Notes: generated by a model not told the origin, from the letters alone. Counted from the first letter of the stretch, positions 26,240 through 40,100 are shown. The stretch is 52,766 nucleotides of DNA from Anaeramoeba ignava BMAN (GCA_028826165.1 JAPDFW010000045.1:1-52766), one strand, 5' to 3'. A program made the numbers and translations.

Positions 26240-29200
26240 TTAATTCTTATCATTATCATTATCATTTTCAATTTCATTTTCATCTTCATTTTCATTTTCA
26301 TTTTCATTTTCATTTTCATTATCATTTCCATTTTCATTTTCATTTTCATTTTCATTTTCATTTAAATCAATTTCGTTTTCGTTATTATTATCTTTATCTT
26401 TATTATCTTTATTATCTTTATCTTTATCTTTATCGTTTTCATTATCATTATCATTATCATTCAAATCAATTTCGTTTTCTTTTTTAATGTTATCATTATC
26501 ATTATTATTATTATCTTTATTATCATCATCACTTGAATCATCTTCTAAAATTCCTTGTGTTTCTGATTTGTCTTTTTGTTTAAAGAATTTCTTTTCAAAA
26601 TAATTTCTAAATACTTTAATTCTCATTAAAAATATGAAAATAATCAATGCAATAATTAAAACAAAGAAAATAATTTCAAGAGCTGTTGTTGTTCTTTTCA
26701 ATGTTTTCGAATTTTCTTCATTGAATCCAAGTGTATATATTACTGCTTTTCTTACATTCATTAATATTCCAACAAAAGTTACTAAAAGGAATAATTGATT
26801 ATAATAATAATATTTCTTTTCTCGATATGAATTATAACTGAAAATAAACAAATAAGAGAAGCAAAATACAAAAACAACAACCAATGAATTGATGAAAGGA
26901 TTCCAAACTAATAAACTTAGCAAAATAACTATAATTCTGATAAAAAATTCAATAGAATCCCAAAAATATAACTTTTTAGTATAAAATTCTGCAAAGAATT
27001 GTGCAAATACACTTTTGTAATAACGTTCTTTTGTTCTTTTTTTTCGATATATAAATATAAAAAGATAAATTGGTGTTGATAAAATAACAAAAATCAATAT
27101 AATAAGTGCAAATATTTGCCATCCTTGATAACAATGAATATTCCCATCATAAAAAAAACGTTTCGTTTCTTTTCCTGCTATTTTCATGTTCTTGCAATCA
27201 ATTAATTTTATTGTTGTTTCTGAAATTGGGAAATAAATGAACATTATCAATGATATTATTGAATTTTTGAATTTATATTTGAGTGAATTTATATCAACAA
27301 ATTTTGAAATTTTGGATTTTTGATTTTTTCCAAATGAAACTGTTTTTTTATCTTTTTTGATTTCATCATTATCAATATCAGTATCAGTATCAGTAGTTGT
27401 TGTATCTTTATCTTTTTCTTTTTCTTTTTCTTTTTCTTTTTCTTTTTCTTTTGATTCATCTTTCTTTTTTTTCCTTAATTTACTAATCCATGTACTTATT
27501 CCCCAAACTGGAAAAAAAGTAATCAAGTAAATCAATATTGTGATATAATTCATTGCAATTTTACCAGGTGATGATAATTTAGTAAAAGGACATATTCCAA
27601 AATCATTCATAGGAACCACAAATTCTAATGAAAAAAATAAAGATAATGAATAAATGATTTCTGAAATAACTGAACGTGTTTGAGAAATTGGACGAGATTG
27701 AAGAGAGAATTTGCAAAAGAATCTGAGTGTCTGGAAAAAAAGAATAAACATTTGGAAGATATTTCTTGATTCCATAAATTTGTGGAAAAGAATCATGAAT
27801 ACTAAACCAGTGATAAATGCTCTAAGGAAATAACCAGCAAATTGATTTTTGCAATTATTAGTATTTTTGCATTCAGGATAAGTTGTCATAATTTCTGTGT
27901 AACCTTCTGGACATTCTCCACACAAATCACCGACTCTTTGATTGGAACAACTATCATAAAATACACATGATCTCTTATTGCAACAATAATTTTCAGGACA
28001 CAACGAAGAATCTGCGGAATTTGATGACATAGCAACAGAAACCCAAAATCCAGTGGAAGCATTAACAGAATTTGTGCCATCACAAACAATTCCGAGATCG
28101 CATTCTTGGCAAGGATATGTATCACTATCACTATCTGTTTCAATAAAAGAATAGCTTGCATAAGGGCATTGTGAACATCCAATTTCTGAAATAAATGAAG
28201 TTTGATCGAATGGCTCATAATAATATCCTTCTGTGCATGTAAATACATTTGAGTCCGATAAAATACCACCAACAACAGGAACTCTTGTATACAAAAATAA
28301 ATCTGATTCCAATGCAGCTTTGAATGTTGAATTGTAAATTTGGAGCACTGCTGTGTGATTCTCGTCAAAATCATCAATATCCAAATAGGACACAATATCC
28401 GATCCAAATTCTCCGTAATTTCGGGAAAATTTAGAATTTGAAACCTTCATGTTTCCTGTTCCTGTAATTACAACAGCTCCTCCAGAACCAGCCGTGTTTT
28501 CAATGAAACTACAACTATCGATTGTAATTTCACCATCGATTTGAAGAAACATTGCACCACCAGAAACGTGGCCAATGTTTTTCTGGAAAGTTTCATTGTA
28601 GAAAGAAGCCTGGAAACGTTGATCTGGAGGCGCTCTTGGGTCGTAACAATTGATATAAATACCTCCACCGTTTTTCGTGTTTGAATCGGAGTATTGATTG
28701 TTTTCAAAGTGAAACTCAACATTTCTTTTTGATCCTGAAAACGTGATTATTACAGCAGATCCTGCTACAGAAATAAACGTGTTCTGATAGAAATGAAAAA
28801 TGTTGTTTTCTGTTAATCCAGTCATATCGTTGATAGCCAAATAGATTGAACCTGTTTGGATGAATTTGTTGTTCAAATACTCAAAAGAAGAACTTCTGAC
28901 ATAAGCCGAACCGAAAAATGAAGTTGGCACAACGTTTTTGAAATAATTCCCTTCAAAAACCATTTGATATCCTTTGAGACCCGTTGGAGAAATCATGAAC
29001 AGAGGACTGAATGATTGTTGGTCAGAAATGAATGTATTTGAGTTGACTGTGAGGGTGATATTTTGGGCGTAATCCAAAAAAAAGGCAAGAACTGGAGAGG
29101 GACTTGAAATGATATTATTCTCAAAATAAAGGGAGATCTCTTTTGAATTACTTGTGTACAAATTGATCAATTCAGGTTGTTCGTTTTGGATTGTGATGTT

Positions 29201-29962
29201 ATGAGAATTGAAAAAAAACTCATTATAACTGGAATAAGAAAAAGATATTTGATAAAGAAAAGTTTGGTGCTCTCCAAGGAAAGTATTGTTGTAAATATAC
29301 ACTGTATTGTTGTTTTTATTCTCAATCAACAACAAAAACGGGATTATATCCGATGAAACATTGAAAGTGTTTTTTCCGAGAAAGTAAGTTTGAGAAAAAT
29401 TTGACTGACCAATATTTAAATTAATTCTGCCATTCAAATTATTTTCCGTTATGTTTATAACTGAAGGAAATTGGAGATTTGGTTGATCAAGAATTAAATT
29501 AGTATTTGTGAAGGTAGAACTTTTGAAGAACGTGAAACTTCCAGGTTGGAAAAATTCAACAACAGGACCAGTAAAGTCGCAAGCAATAAAAGTGTAATTG
29601 GCAGAATCAGCAACGAAAAAGTTAGTATCTTTTTCAACTGAAAAAGCAAAATTTTCAAAAATATAATTTCCTCCATTTTGCATTTGGAAATCGCAGAATT
29701 CTTGGATGTAGATTGTTGGTACTTCGCCGTTTGGCATGAATTCTATTCCACTTGATTCGAAATGAACACTCATATTAAAATTATAAACTCCTGGATCAAA
29801 ATGGATTTTAGTTGCATTTGAATAATTTGCTGCAATTACTATTTGACAAGGAGAACTTGATGAACAATCTCCCATTCCATCTGTTGAAATGTAGTAATCA
29901 ACTGCTTTAATTTTTGAGAATAAAAATAGAAATAAAAATATTGTTATTAATTGGAAATTCAT
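26240..29962 (-). CDS. Large surface membrane protein, paralog 1: signal peptide, parallel beta-helix/PMP-like repeats, Cys-rich region, multi-TM domain, acidic DN/EN tail
   Basis: 1240 aa, intronless; GGGIY/GGAMF/GGAVV with FxxN repeats; CxxCPxGY and GDLCGECPEGY; multiple hydrophobic helices. Confidence 0.85.
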   Translation of the reverse strand: MNFQLITIFLFLFLFSKIKAVDYYISTDGMGDCSSSSPCQIVIAANYSNATKIHFDPGVYNFNMSVHFESSGIEFMPNGEVPTIYIQEFCDFQMQNGGNYIFENFAFSVEKDTNFFVADSANYTFIACDFTGPVVEFFQPGSFTFFKSSTFTNTNLILDQPNLQFPSVINITENNLNGRINLNIGQSNFSQTYFLGKNTFNVSSDIIPFLLLIENKNNNTVYIYNNTFLGEHQTFLYQISFSYSSYNEFFFNSHNITIQNEQPELINLYTSNSKEISLYFENNIISSPSPVLAFFLDYAQNITLTVNSNTFISDQQSFSPLFMISPTGLKGYQMVFEGNYFKNVVPTSFFGSAYVRSSSFEYLNNKFIQTGSIYLAINDMTGLTENNIFHFYQNTFISVAGSAVIITFSGSKRNVEFHFENNQYSDSNTKNGGGIYINCYDPRAPPDQRFQASFYNETFQKNIGHVSGGAMFLQIDGEITIDSCSFIENTAGSGGAVVITGTGNMKVSNSKFSRNYGEFGSDIVSYLDIDDFDENHTAVLQIYNSTFKAALESDLFLYTRVPVVGGILSDSNVFTCTEGYYYEPFDQTSFISEIGCSQCPYASYSFIETDSDSDTYPCQECDLGIVCDGTNSVNASTGFWVSVAMSSNSADSSLCPENYCCNKRSCVFYDSCSNQRVGDLCGECPEGYTEIMTTYPECKNTNNCKNQFAGYFLRAFITGLVFMILFHKFMESRNIFQMFILFFQTLRFFCKFSLQSRPISQTRSVISEIIYSLSLFFSLEFVVPMNDFGICPFTKLSSPGKIAMNYITILIYLITFFPVWGISTWISKLRKKKKDESKEKEKEKEKEKEKDKDTTTTDTDTDIDNDEIKKDKKTVSFGKNQKSKISKFVDINSLKYKFKNSIISLIMFIYFPISETTIKLIDCKNMKIAGKETKRFFYDGNIHCYQGWQIFALIILIFVILSTPIYLFIFIYRKKRTKERYYKSVFAQFFAEFYTKKLYFWDSIEFFIRIIVILLSLLVWNPFINSLVVVFVFCFSYLFIFSYNSYREKKYYYYNQLFLLVTFVGILMNVRKAVIYTLGFNEENSKTLKRTTTALEIIFFVLIIALIIFIFLMRIKVFRNYFEKKFFKQKDKSETQGILEDDSSDDDNKDNNNNDNDNIKKENEIDLNDNDNDNENDKDKDKDNKDNKDKDNNNENEIDLNENENENENENGNDNENENENENENEDENEIENDNDNDKN

Positions 29963-30105
29963 TTATTGAATGTTTCTTATTAAAAATGAAAAAAAAAAAA
30001 TAAAAAAATGATCTAAAAAAAATTTTTTTTTTAATTAAAAAATTAAAATTAAAAAGAGAGAATAAATGAATAAAAAAAAATAAAAATAATTAATTAATTA
30101 ATTTT

Positions 30106-30250
30106 GGAAAGTAAGAATTTAAATTGGAACTGTAATTTAATAAAATTTTTTGATCAAATTTCAAAAATAAAATAAAAAAAAGGAAAAAAAATTAATTTGA
30201 ATTTTTTTTTTGGATTTTTAATTCCACTTTTTTTTTTGGATCATTTTAAA
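30106..30250 (+). pseudogene. Decayed copy of the 3' end and downstream flank of the beta-lactamase-like gene
   Basis: GGAAAGTAAGAA..AATTGGAACTG..TTTTGATCAA..ATTCCACTTTTTTTTTTGGATCATTTTAAA aligns with 26036-26180. Confidence 0.8.
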
Positions 30251-30295
30251 AAAAAAAAGATATAAAAAAGAGAAAAAAATAGAAAAAAATTTGAA

Positions 30296-33200
30296 TTAAT
30301 TTTTATCATTTAAATCAATATCATTATCATTATCATTATCATTATCATTATCATTATCATTATCATTATCATCATTATCATTATCATTATCATTTAAATC
30401 AATATCATTTTCATTATCATTTTCATTATCATTATCAATATCATTATCATTATCATTATCATTATCATTATCATTATCATTATCATTTAAATCAATATCA
30501 TTTTCATTATCATTATCATTATCATTTTCATTACCATTATTATTATCATTATCATTATCATTATTATTATCATTATTATCATTATTATCATTATTATCAT
30601 TATCAATATCATTATCATTATCATTATCATTATCATTATCATTATCATTATCATTTTCATTATCATTATCATTATCATTATCATTATCATTATCATTATC
30701 ATTATCATTATCATTATCATTCAAATCAATTTCATTTTCATTTTCATTATTATTATTATTATCATTATTCAAATCAATTTCATTTTCGTTTTTAATGTTA
30801 TCTTTATTATCACCATCACTTGAATCATCTTCTAAAATTCCTTGTGTTTCTGATTTGTCTTTTTGTTTAAAGAATTTCTTTTCAAAATAATTTCTAAATC
30901 TTTTAATTCTCATTAAAAATATGAAAATAATCAATGCAATAATTAAAACAAAGAAAATAATTTCAAGAGCTGTTGTGGTTTTTGTTAATGTTTCCGAATT
31001 TTCTTCATTATATCCAAGTGTATATATCACTGCTTTTCTTACATTCATTAATATTCCAACAAAAGTTACTAAAACAAATAATTGATTATAATAATAATAA
31101 TATTTCTTTTCTCGATATGAATTGTAATGGAAAATAGATAAATAAGAGAAAACAAACACCACAGCAACAACCAATGAATTGATGAAAGGATCTAAAATGA
31201 ATAAACTTAGCAAAATAACTATAATTCTGATAAAAAGTTCAATAGAATCCCAAAAATATAACTTTTTAGTATAAAATTCTGCAAAGAATTGTGCAAATAC
31301 ACTTTTGTAATAACGTTCTTTTGTTCTTTTTTTTCGATATATAAATATAAAAAGATAAATTGGTGTTGATAAAAGAACAAAAACCAATATAATAAGTGCA
31401 AGCTATTTGCCATCCTTGATAACAACTTATATTCCCATCATAAAAAAAACGTTTCGTTTCTTTTCCAGATATTTTTAAACTCTTGCAATCAATTAATTTT
31501 ATTGTTGTTTCTGAAATTGGGAAATAAATGAACATTATCAATGATATTATTGAATTTTTGAATTTATATTTGAGTGAATTTATATCAACAAATTTTGAAA
31601 TTTTGGATTTTTGATTTTTTCCAAATGAAACTGTTTTTGTATCTTTTTTGATTTCATTTTCATTTTCATTTTCATTATCAGTATCAGTAGTTGTTGTATC
31701 TTTTTCTTTTTCTTTTTCATTTTCTTTTTCATTATCTTTTTCTTTTTCATTTTCATTTGATTCATCTTTCTTTTTTTTCCTTAATTTACTAATCCATGTA
31801 CTTATTCCCCAAACTGGAAAAAAAGTAATCAAGTAAATCAATATTGTGATATAATTCATTGCAATTTTACCAGGTGATGATAATTTAGTAAAAGGACATA
31901 TTCCAAAATCACCCATAGGAATCAAAAATTCTAATGAAAAAAATAAAGATAATGAATAAATGATTTCTGAAATAACTGAACGTGTTTGAGAAATTGGACG
32001 AGATTGAAGAGAGAATTTGCAAAAGAATCTAAGCATTTGGAAAAAAAGAACAAGCATTTGGAAGATATTTCTTGATTCCATAAATTTGTGGAAAAGAATC
32101 ATGAATACTAAACCAGTGATAAATGCTCTAAGGAAATAACCACCAAATTGATTTTTGCAATTATTAGTATTTTTGCATTCAGGATAATTTGTCATAATTT
32201 CTGTGTAACCTTCTGGACATTCTCCACACAAATCACCGACTCTTTGATTTGTGCAGCTTTCAGAATATTCACATGATGTCTTATCGCAACAATAATTTTC
32301 AGGACACAACGCAGCTGTGACTTCGTTGAGATCTTTATCAATAGAAGTCCAAAAACCAGTGGAAGAATTAACACTATTTCCTCCTTCACAAGAATATCCA
32401 AGATCACATTCTTGGCAAGGATATGTATCATTATCACTATCCTGAATAACGAAAGAGTAAGTTGAATAAGGGCATTGTGAACAAGATAACTCAGTGATAA
32501 CTTCTCCCAATTCATGGTAGTCATAATAATATCCTTCTGTGCATGTATAAGTAGTTGCGTTTGTTAAATAATAAGTAGCAACAGGCACGTTTGTATACAC
32601 AAACAAGTTTATATTCGGTGCAGCTTTGAATGTTGAGTTGTAAATTTGGAGCACTGAAGTGCTCGAATTTCCTTCGGTGTTATCGACTTCCAAATAGGAC
32701 ACAATATCCGATCCAAATTGGGCATAATTCTCAAGAAATTCCGAATTTGAAACCTTCATGTTTCCTGTTCCTGCAATTACAACAGCTCCTCCAGAACCAG
32801 CCGTGTTTTGCACAAAACTACAGCTATCGATTGTTGTTTCACCATCGATTTGAAGGAACATTGCACCGCCAGAAACTTGACCAGTATTGGTTATGAAGGT
32901 TTCATTGTAGAAAGAAGCCTGGAAACGTTGATCTGGAGGCGCTCTTGGGTCGTAGCAATTGATATAAACACCTCCACCGTTTTTCGTTTTAGCATTGGAG
33001 TAGTAATTGTTTTGGAAATTGAATGTAATGCCGAATTTTCTCTCAGAAAGATAGATTGAAACTGATGCTTGTGTTGATCCGTTGAAGTAATTCCCGTCAA
33101 AATTAAATGCGTCATTTGCTGTTTTTCCAACAAGATCAAAAGAATTCAACGAAATCGGACCAGCTTGTTCGAATTCATTATTGGAAAAAGTGAAAGTAGA

Positions 33201-34313
33201 ATTGGCCAAATATAATGAATTATAGAAGCTGATTGGAGTCACATTCTGGAAATAATTCTCATTGAAAATCAATTGATAGTTGGAGAGTTCTTGAGACAAG
33301 ATTGTGAACAATGGATCATGAATCATTTCATCTGAAATGAAGTTATTGAATTGATTTGTGAAATTGAAATTATTGGTGGACTCCATTAGTAAGGAGAAAA
33401 TCACGGTAGGAGAAATGAAAGTATTGTTTTCGAAAAAGATTGAGATTCCAGATGACTTATTAAGGTATAAATAGAAAAATTCTGTTTGATTACTCTGCAT
33501 CGTGATATTATGAAAATTGAAAGAGATGTCGATATTATTGCATTCGATAAAAGAAAACCAAATCTCACTAAGTGTTATAATGTTTTGTCCAGGAATGAAG
33601 GTGTTATTGGAAAAATCAAATTCTAAATCATGCTCGTTTGCAAAATTAAATGTAAATCCTGAGACAGGCAGTTGAAATTGATTGTTTTCAAATGTAAATG
33701 TCTGAGGAGAATTTGAAAAGCTGCTTTCAACTGAAAAATATCCATCAAAAGAGTTTCCTGTGGCAGTGACAACTCGGGGAAATGGAAGAGATGAATTACT
33801 AAAAATGGATATACCAGATCCCGAAACTGAGTTATTAATCAGGTTGAAACTTTCAACGTCTTTCAAAATCAACATTTGATTTTCGATTTGGCAGTTAGAA
33901 AGGGTGATATTTGAAAAACTTAGGATCATAGGCGAAGGTGTCCGAATAGAGAAAGTGATTCCTTCAAAAGTATAACTTCCGTTACTTGAAAAAATAAGAC
34001 TAGTATAGATTGCCAAAGTAACAGTTGATGAAGTATCATTAGGTAAAAATTTGATTGAATTAGAAGCAATGTTGATTGGTCCGACAGCAATATTAAAATC
34101 TTCTGGATCTGGAATAATTCTGATTTCAGTTGCATCTGGAAATGAAACGGCTTTTGTGAATACACATGGTAAAAGCTCAGAGCAATCTCCAAGTGTACCA
34201 TTCCGATTAACATAATAAGTCACACATTCAATTTTTGGAATATATAATAAAATCAATAAAAATATCATATAATAAAAGTTGAAATGGGTAAATGTTTTTT
34301 TTTTGGGGTTCAT
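30296..34313 (-). CDS. Large surface membrane protein, paralog 2 (single-base frameshift near 31402)
   Basis: ORFs 31266..34328 and 30296..31387 together are collinear with paralog 1; C-terminal half nearly identical; long (GATAAT)n DN tail. Confidence 0.85.
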
Positions 34314-34623
34314 TTTCAAAAACAACAAAATTAAAAATTAAAAATTAAAAATTAAAAAATGAAAAGTGAAAAGTGAAAAAGAAATGAGAAAAAATTTTTA
34401 TTTGAATTTTGTTTTATTTCAATTTTTGTTTTACGTTTTAATTGAATTTTTGTTTTACGTTTTGGGGTTATTTTTTTGAAAGTTGCAAAAAAAAAATAGA
34501 AAGGAAAAGGAATTGGAAAGCAGAAGTAAATGGAAAATTAATTAGAAAGTAGAAAGTAATTGATCTAATTTTTATTTGCTTTTTTTATTTAATTGATCAA
34601 AAAAAAATCCTAAATAATTCTCA

Positions 34624-35314
34624 TTTATTTTTTTAATAATAAAAATTAATATAAAAATTAATTTTAAATTAATAAATATTTATTAAATATTAATTTATAT
34701 AATAATATAAAGGAATTAATTATATTTTATTATTAATTTTATTTATATTTTATTTATAAATAATTATTATTTATTTTTTAATAATAAAAATTAATATAAA
34801 AATTAATTTTAAATTAATAAATATTTAGTAAATATTAATTTATATAATAATATAAAGGAATTAATTATATTTTATTATTAATTTTATTTATATTTTATTT
34901 ATAAATAATAATTATTTATTTTTTAATAATAAATATTAATATAAAAATTAATTTTAAATTAATAAATATTTATTAAATATTAATTTATATAATAATATAA
35001 AGGAATTAATTATATTTTATTATTAATTTTATTTATATTTTATTTATAAATAATTATTATTTATTTTTTTATAATAAAAATTAATATAAAAATTAATTTT
35101 AAATTAATAAATATTTATTAAATATTAATTTATATAATATTATAAAGGAATTATTTATATTTTATTATTAATTTTATTTATATTTTATTTATAAATAATT
35201 ATTATTTATTTTTTAATAATAAAAATTAATATAAAAATTAATTTTAAATTAATAAATATTTAGTAAATATTAATTTATATAATATTATAAAGGAATTAAT
35301 TATATTTTATTATT
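34624..35314. repeat. 145-bp tandem repeat, about 4.8 copies, almost pure A/T
   Basis: AGGAATT anchor at 34711, 34856, 35001, 35146, 35291. Confidence 0.92.
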
Positions 35315-35463
35315 CAAGAAAGAATAGAAGAAAGGGGAAAGATAATTTTATTTTATTTTTTTTTTATTTTTTATTTTTGCTTTTTTTTAAAAATAATTTT
35401 TTTTTCATTTTTTTTCTTTTCTTTTAATTTTTTTTTAAAAACAAAAACAAAAACAAAAACAAA

Positions 35464-36796
35464 ATGAATTTGTAAGTTTTTTTTTTTTAAAAATAAAACA
35501 ACATAAAAAATTAATTTCAATTAATTTTTTTTTAGTTCTTTTTCAATAGGAGGTTTTCAAAAATTAGGCAAAACTGGTACAATTATTTGTTGTCTTATAT
35601 TCACAGCAGCTATTGTTATTCCTTCAGTGGTTGTTGCTTCTAAAGATAAAGATGCTTCAAACACTTCTGGTGTAAGTGGTTTTATAATTTTTTTTGATTA
35701 AAGCAAGAAAAACAAAAAAATTTTTTTTTTAACGTTTTTTTAAACAAAATTAAAATTAAAATTTGAATTAAAATTAAAATTTAAAATTAAAATTAAAATT
35801 AAAATTAAAATTAAAATTAAATTAAAATTAAAATTAAAATTAGAATTAAAATTAAAATTAAAATTAAAATTTAAATTAAAATTAAAATTAAAATTAAAAT
35901 TAATATTAAAATTTGAATTAAAATTAAAATTTAAATTAAAATTTGAATTAAAATTAAAATTTAAATTAAAATTTGAATTAAAATTAAAATTTAAAGTTAA
36001 AATTAAAATTAAAATTAAAATTAAAATTAAAATTCAAAATTAAAATTAAAATTTGAATTAAAATTAAAATTAAAAATAATATTAAAATTTAAAGTTAAAA
36101 TTAAAATTAAAATTAAAATTAAAATTAAAATTAAAATTAAAATTTAAAATTATAATTAAAATTAAAATTAAAATTAAAATTAAAATTAAAAATTAAAATT
36201 AAAATTAAAATTAAAATTAAAATTAAAATTAAAATTAAAATTCAAATTAAAATTAAAATTAAAATTAAAATTTAAATTAAAATTTAAAATTAAAATTAAA
36301 ATTAAAAATTAAAATTAAAATTAATATTAAAATTAAAATTAAAATTAAAATTAAAATTAATATTAAAAAGTTCTGCGATAAACCATTATGGCCTTGGATT
36401 TTGGTCTTTAATATGGTTCTGGTCTATTTTTTCCTTTCGAACACATTGAGCCAACTTTTGGGACAAGATTCACCTATTGTTAGAATTTTGGGCTTAATAA
36501 GCCTTTTAGCTTTCTTTTTTATGATTGCTTGGTCAATTATTGGATTAGTTTGGGCAACACGTTCTGGAATGGTAAATTCAATTAAATAAAATTAAATTCA
36601 ATTAAATTTAATTTAATTTTATAATTTGTTTTGAAATAAATAGAAAGATTGGTGTGGAAAACTTTATGATGTTACTCTTGGTGATTCCATTCTTTGGATT
36701 TCTTTAATGGGATTATGTAGTATTTTGATTTGTGTTGCTGCTATATTTTTCGGTTCCGCTATTAATCGATTTAAAGCAGGAGGAGCTGCTTTTTAA
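35464..36796 (+). CDS. Small four-TM membrane protein (CDKPLxxW motif, TMEM272-like candidate); three introns
   Basis: Spliced MNF|SFSIGGFQKLGKTGTIICCLIF..SG|FCDKPLWPWILVF..WSIIGLVWATRSGM|KDWCGKLYDV..GGAAF*; intron 35672..36370 is (ATTAAA)n. Confidence 0.75.
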
Positions 36797-37139
36797 ATTT
36801 TGACCAGGTTTCAAAAAGAACAATTTTTTCTTTTCTTTTCTTTTCTTTTCTTATCTTTTTTTTTTCTTATCTTTCTTTTACAAATCAAAATCCAATTTTA
36901 TTTCCAAAACAAACAGAAAAAAATTTTTTTTTACTCTTATTCTTTTGATTCATTTCTTTCTTTTATTATCTTTTTTCAAACAAAAGTTATTTACTTACGA
37001 AAATAAAAGAAAAAAAAATTTTTTTAATTATTATTTTTTTTTACTCTTTTGCTTTCTTTTTTTTAATAAAGAAATTAATCAAATCAATCTTTATTTTTTA
37101 ATAGAAAAATAATAAAAAAATAATAAAATAATAAAAAAT

Positions 37140-40100
37140 CTAAAGTAATTTCATTTTATCTTCTAAAACAAAACTTCGAATATTTTTATATTTAATAATA
37201 AATAATTTTCCTTCTTTCAAGTCATCATCTTCTAAATCCCTTTTTATTTTATTTTTAAAAAGAAATAAAATAAAATTTAATTAAAATAAAATAAATAAAA
37301 CAATTTTGCTTCTTTGTTATCTTTTTGAATAATTTTAAAAAAAAAAAAATTTTTTATTACTGATCTTCAAATTGAACATTTTCGATATCTTCGAGTACTT
37401 GGCAAGCAACAAACTCTTCAAAATCTGGTTGATCAACTTTGTTTTTTTATTTTTTTATTTATTTTTTATTTTAAAAATTGAATAAATTTGGATCATTTAA
37501 TTTTGCTTACTTTTATTTTGAAAAAAGTTTTTTTTTCTTTTTAATTTAGAAAGGAAAGATTCGTCTAAATGATTTATAATTAAGTTATGAAATCTTTTAA
37601 AGAGAATTTTATAAATAATTTTATAAATAATTTTATAAATAATTTTATATATAATTTTATATTTAATTTTATAAATAATTTTATAAATAATTTTATAAAT
37701 AATTTTATATTTAATTTTATAAATAATTTTATATTTAATTTTATAAATAATTTTATATTTAATTTTATAATTAATTTTATAAATAATTTTATATTTAATT
37801 TTATAAATAATTTTATATTTAATTTTATAAATAATTTTATATTTAATTTTATAAATAATTTTATATTTAATTTTATAAATAATTTTATAAATAATTTTAT
37901 AAATAATTTTATATTTAATTTTATAAATAATTTTATATTTAATTTTATATTTAATTTTATAAATAATTTTATAAATAATTTTATATTTAATTTTATAATT
38001 AATTTTATAAATAATTTTATAAATAATTTTATAAATAATTTTTATAATTAATTTTATAAATAATTTTATATTTAATTTTATAAATAAATTTATATTTAAT
38101 TTTATAAATAATTTTATAAATAATTTTATAAATAATTTTATAAATAATTTTATAAATAATTTTATAAATAATTTTATAAATAATTTTATAAATAATTTTA
38201 TATTTAATTTTATAAATAAATTTATATTTAATTTTATAAATAATTTTATAAATAATTTTATAAATAATTTTATAAATAATTTTATAAATAATTTTATAAA
38301 ATAATTTTATAAATAATTTTATAAATAATTTTATAAATAATTTAATAAATAATTTTATAAATAATTTTATAAATAATTTTATTAATAATTTTATAAATAA
38401 TTTTATATTTAATTTTATAAATAATTTTATAAATAATTTTATTAATAATTTTTATATATAATTTTATAAATAATTTTATTAATAATTTTTATATATAATT
38501 TTATAAATAATTTTATAAATAATTTTATAAATAATTTTATAAATAATTTTATATTTAATTTTATTAATAATTTTTTATAAATAATTTTATAAATAATTTT
38601 ATAAATAATTTTATAAATAATTTTATAAATAATTTTATAAATAATTTTATAAATAATTTTATATTTAATTTTATTAATAATTTTATAAATAATTTTATAA
38701 ATAATTTTATAAATAATTTTATAAATAATTTTATAAATAATTTTATATTTAATTTTATAAATAATTTTATATTTAATTTTATAAATAATTTTATAAATAA
38801 TTTAATAAATAATTTTATAATTAATTTTATAATTAATTTTATAAATAATTTTATATTTAATTTTATATTTAATTTTATAAATAATTTTATAAATAATTTT
38901 ATAAATAATTTTATAAATAATTTTATAAATAATTTTATAAATAATTTTATATTTAATTTTTATTAATAATTTTATATATAATTTTATAAATAATTTTATA
39001 AATAATTTTATAAATAATTTTATATATAATTTTATAAATAATTTTATATATAATTTTATAAATAATTTTATAAATAATTTTATAAATAATTTTATAAATA
39101 ATTTTATAAATAATTTTATAAATAATTTTATAAATAATTTTATATTTAATTTTATAAATAATTTTATAAATAATTTTATAAATAATTTTATAAATAATTT
39201 TATAAATAATTTTATAAATAATTTTATAAATAATTTTATAAATAATTTTTATAAATAATTTTATAAATAATTTTATAAATAATTTTATAAATAATTTTAT
39301 AAATAATTTTATAAATAATTTTATAAATAATTTTTATAAATAATTTTATATTTAATTTTATAAATAATTTTATAAATAATTTAATAAATAATTTTATATT
39401 TAATTTTATAAATAATTTTATAAATAATTTTATAAATAATTTTATATATAATTTTATAATTAATTTTATAAATAATTTTATAAATAATTTTATAAATAAT
39501 TTTATAAAATAATTTTATAATTAATTTTATATTTAATTTTATAAATAATTTTATAAATAATTTTATATTTAATTTTATAAATAATTTTATAATTAATTTT
39601 ATAAATAATTTTATAAATAATTTTATAAATAATTTTATAAATAATTTTATAAATAATTTTATAAAAATTTTATAAATAATTTTTATAAATAATTTTATAA
39701 ATAATTTTATAAATAATTTTATAAATAATTTTATAAATAATTTAATAAATAATTTTATATTTAATTTTATAAATAATTTTATATATAATTTTATAAATAA
39801 TTTTATAAATAATTTTATATTTAATTTTATTAATAATTTTATAAATAATTTTTATATTTAATTTTTATAAATAATTTTATAAATAATTTTATAAATAATT
39901 TTATAAATAATTTTATAAATAATTTTATATTTAATTTTATAAATAATTTTATAAATAATTTTATAAATAATTTTATAAATAATTTTATATTTAATTTTAT
40001 AAATAATTTTATAAATAATTTTATAAATAATTTTATAAATAATTTTATAAATAATTTTATATTTAATTTTATAAATAATTTTATATTTAATTTTATAAAT

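Noticed and set aside
30296-30790. MIMIMI and MKMKMK ORFs (also 26176-26361)
   Set aside because: Out-of-frame readings of the DN/EN hexamer tails of the receptor paralogs.
37436-37512. Non-canonical splice site in GINS4
   Set aside because: The one-base phase mismatch follows A9/T6 homopolymers, so an assembly indel is the simpler explanation.
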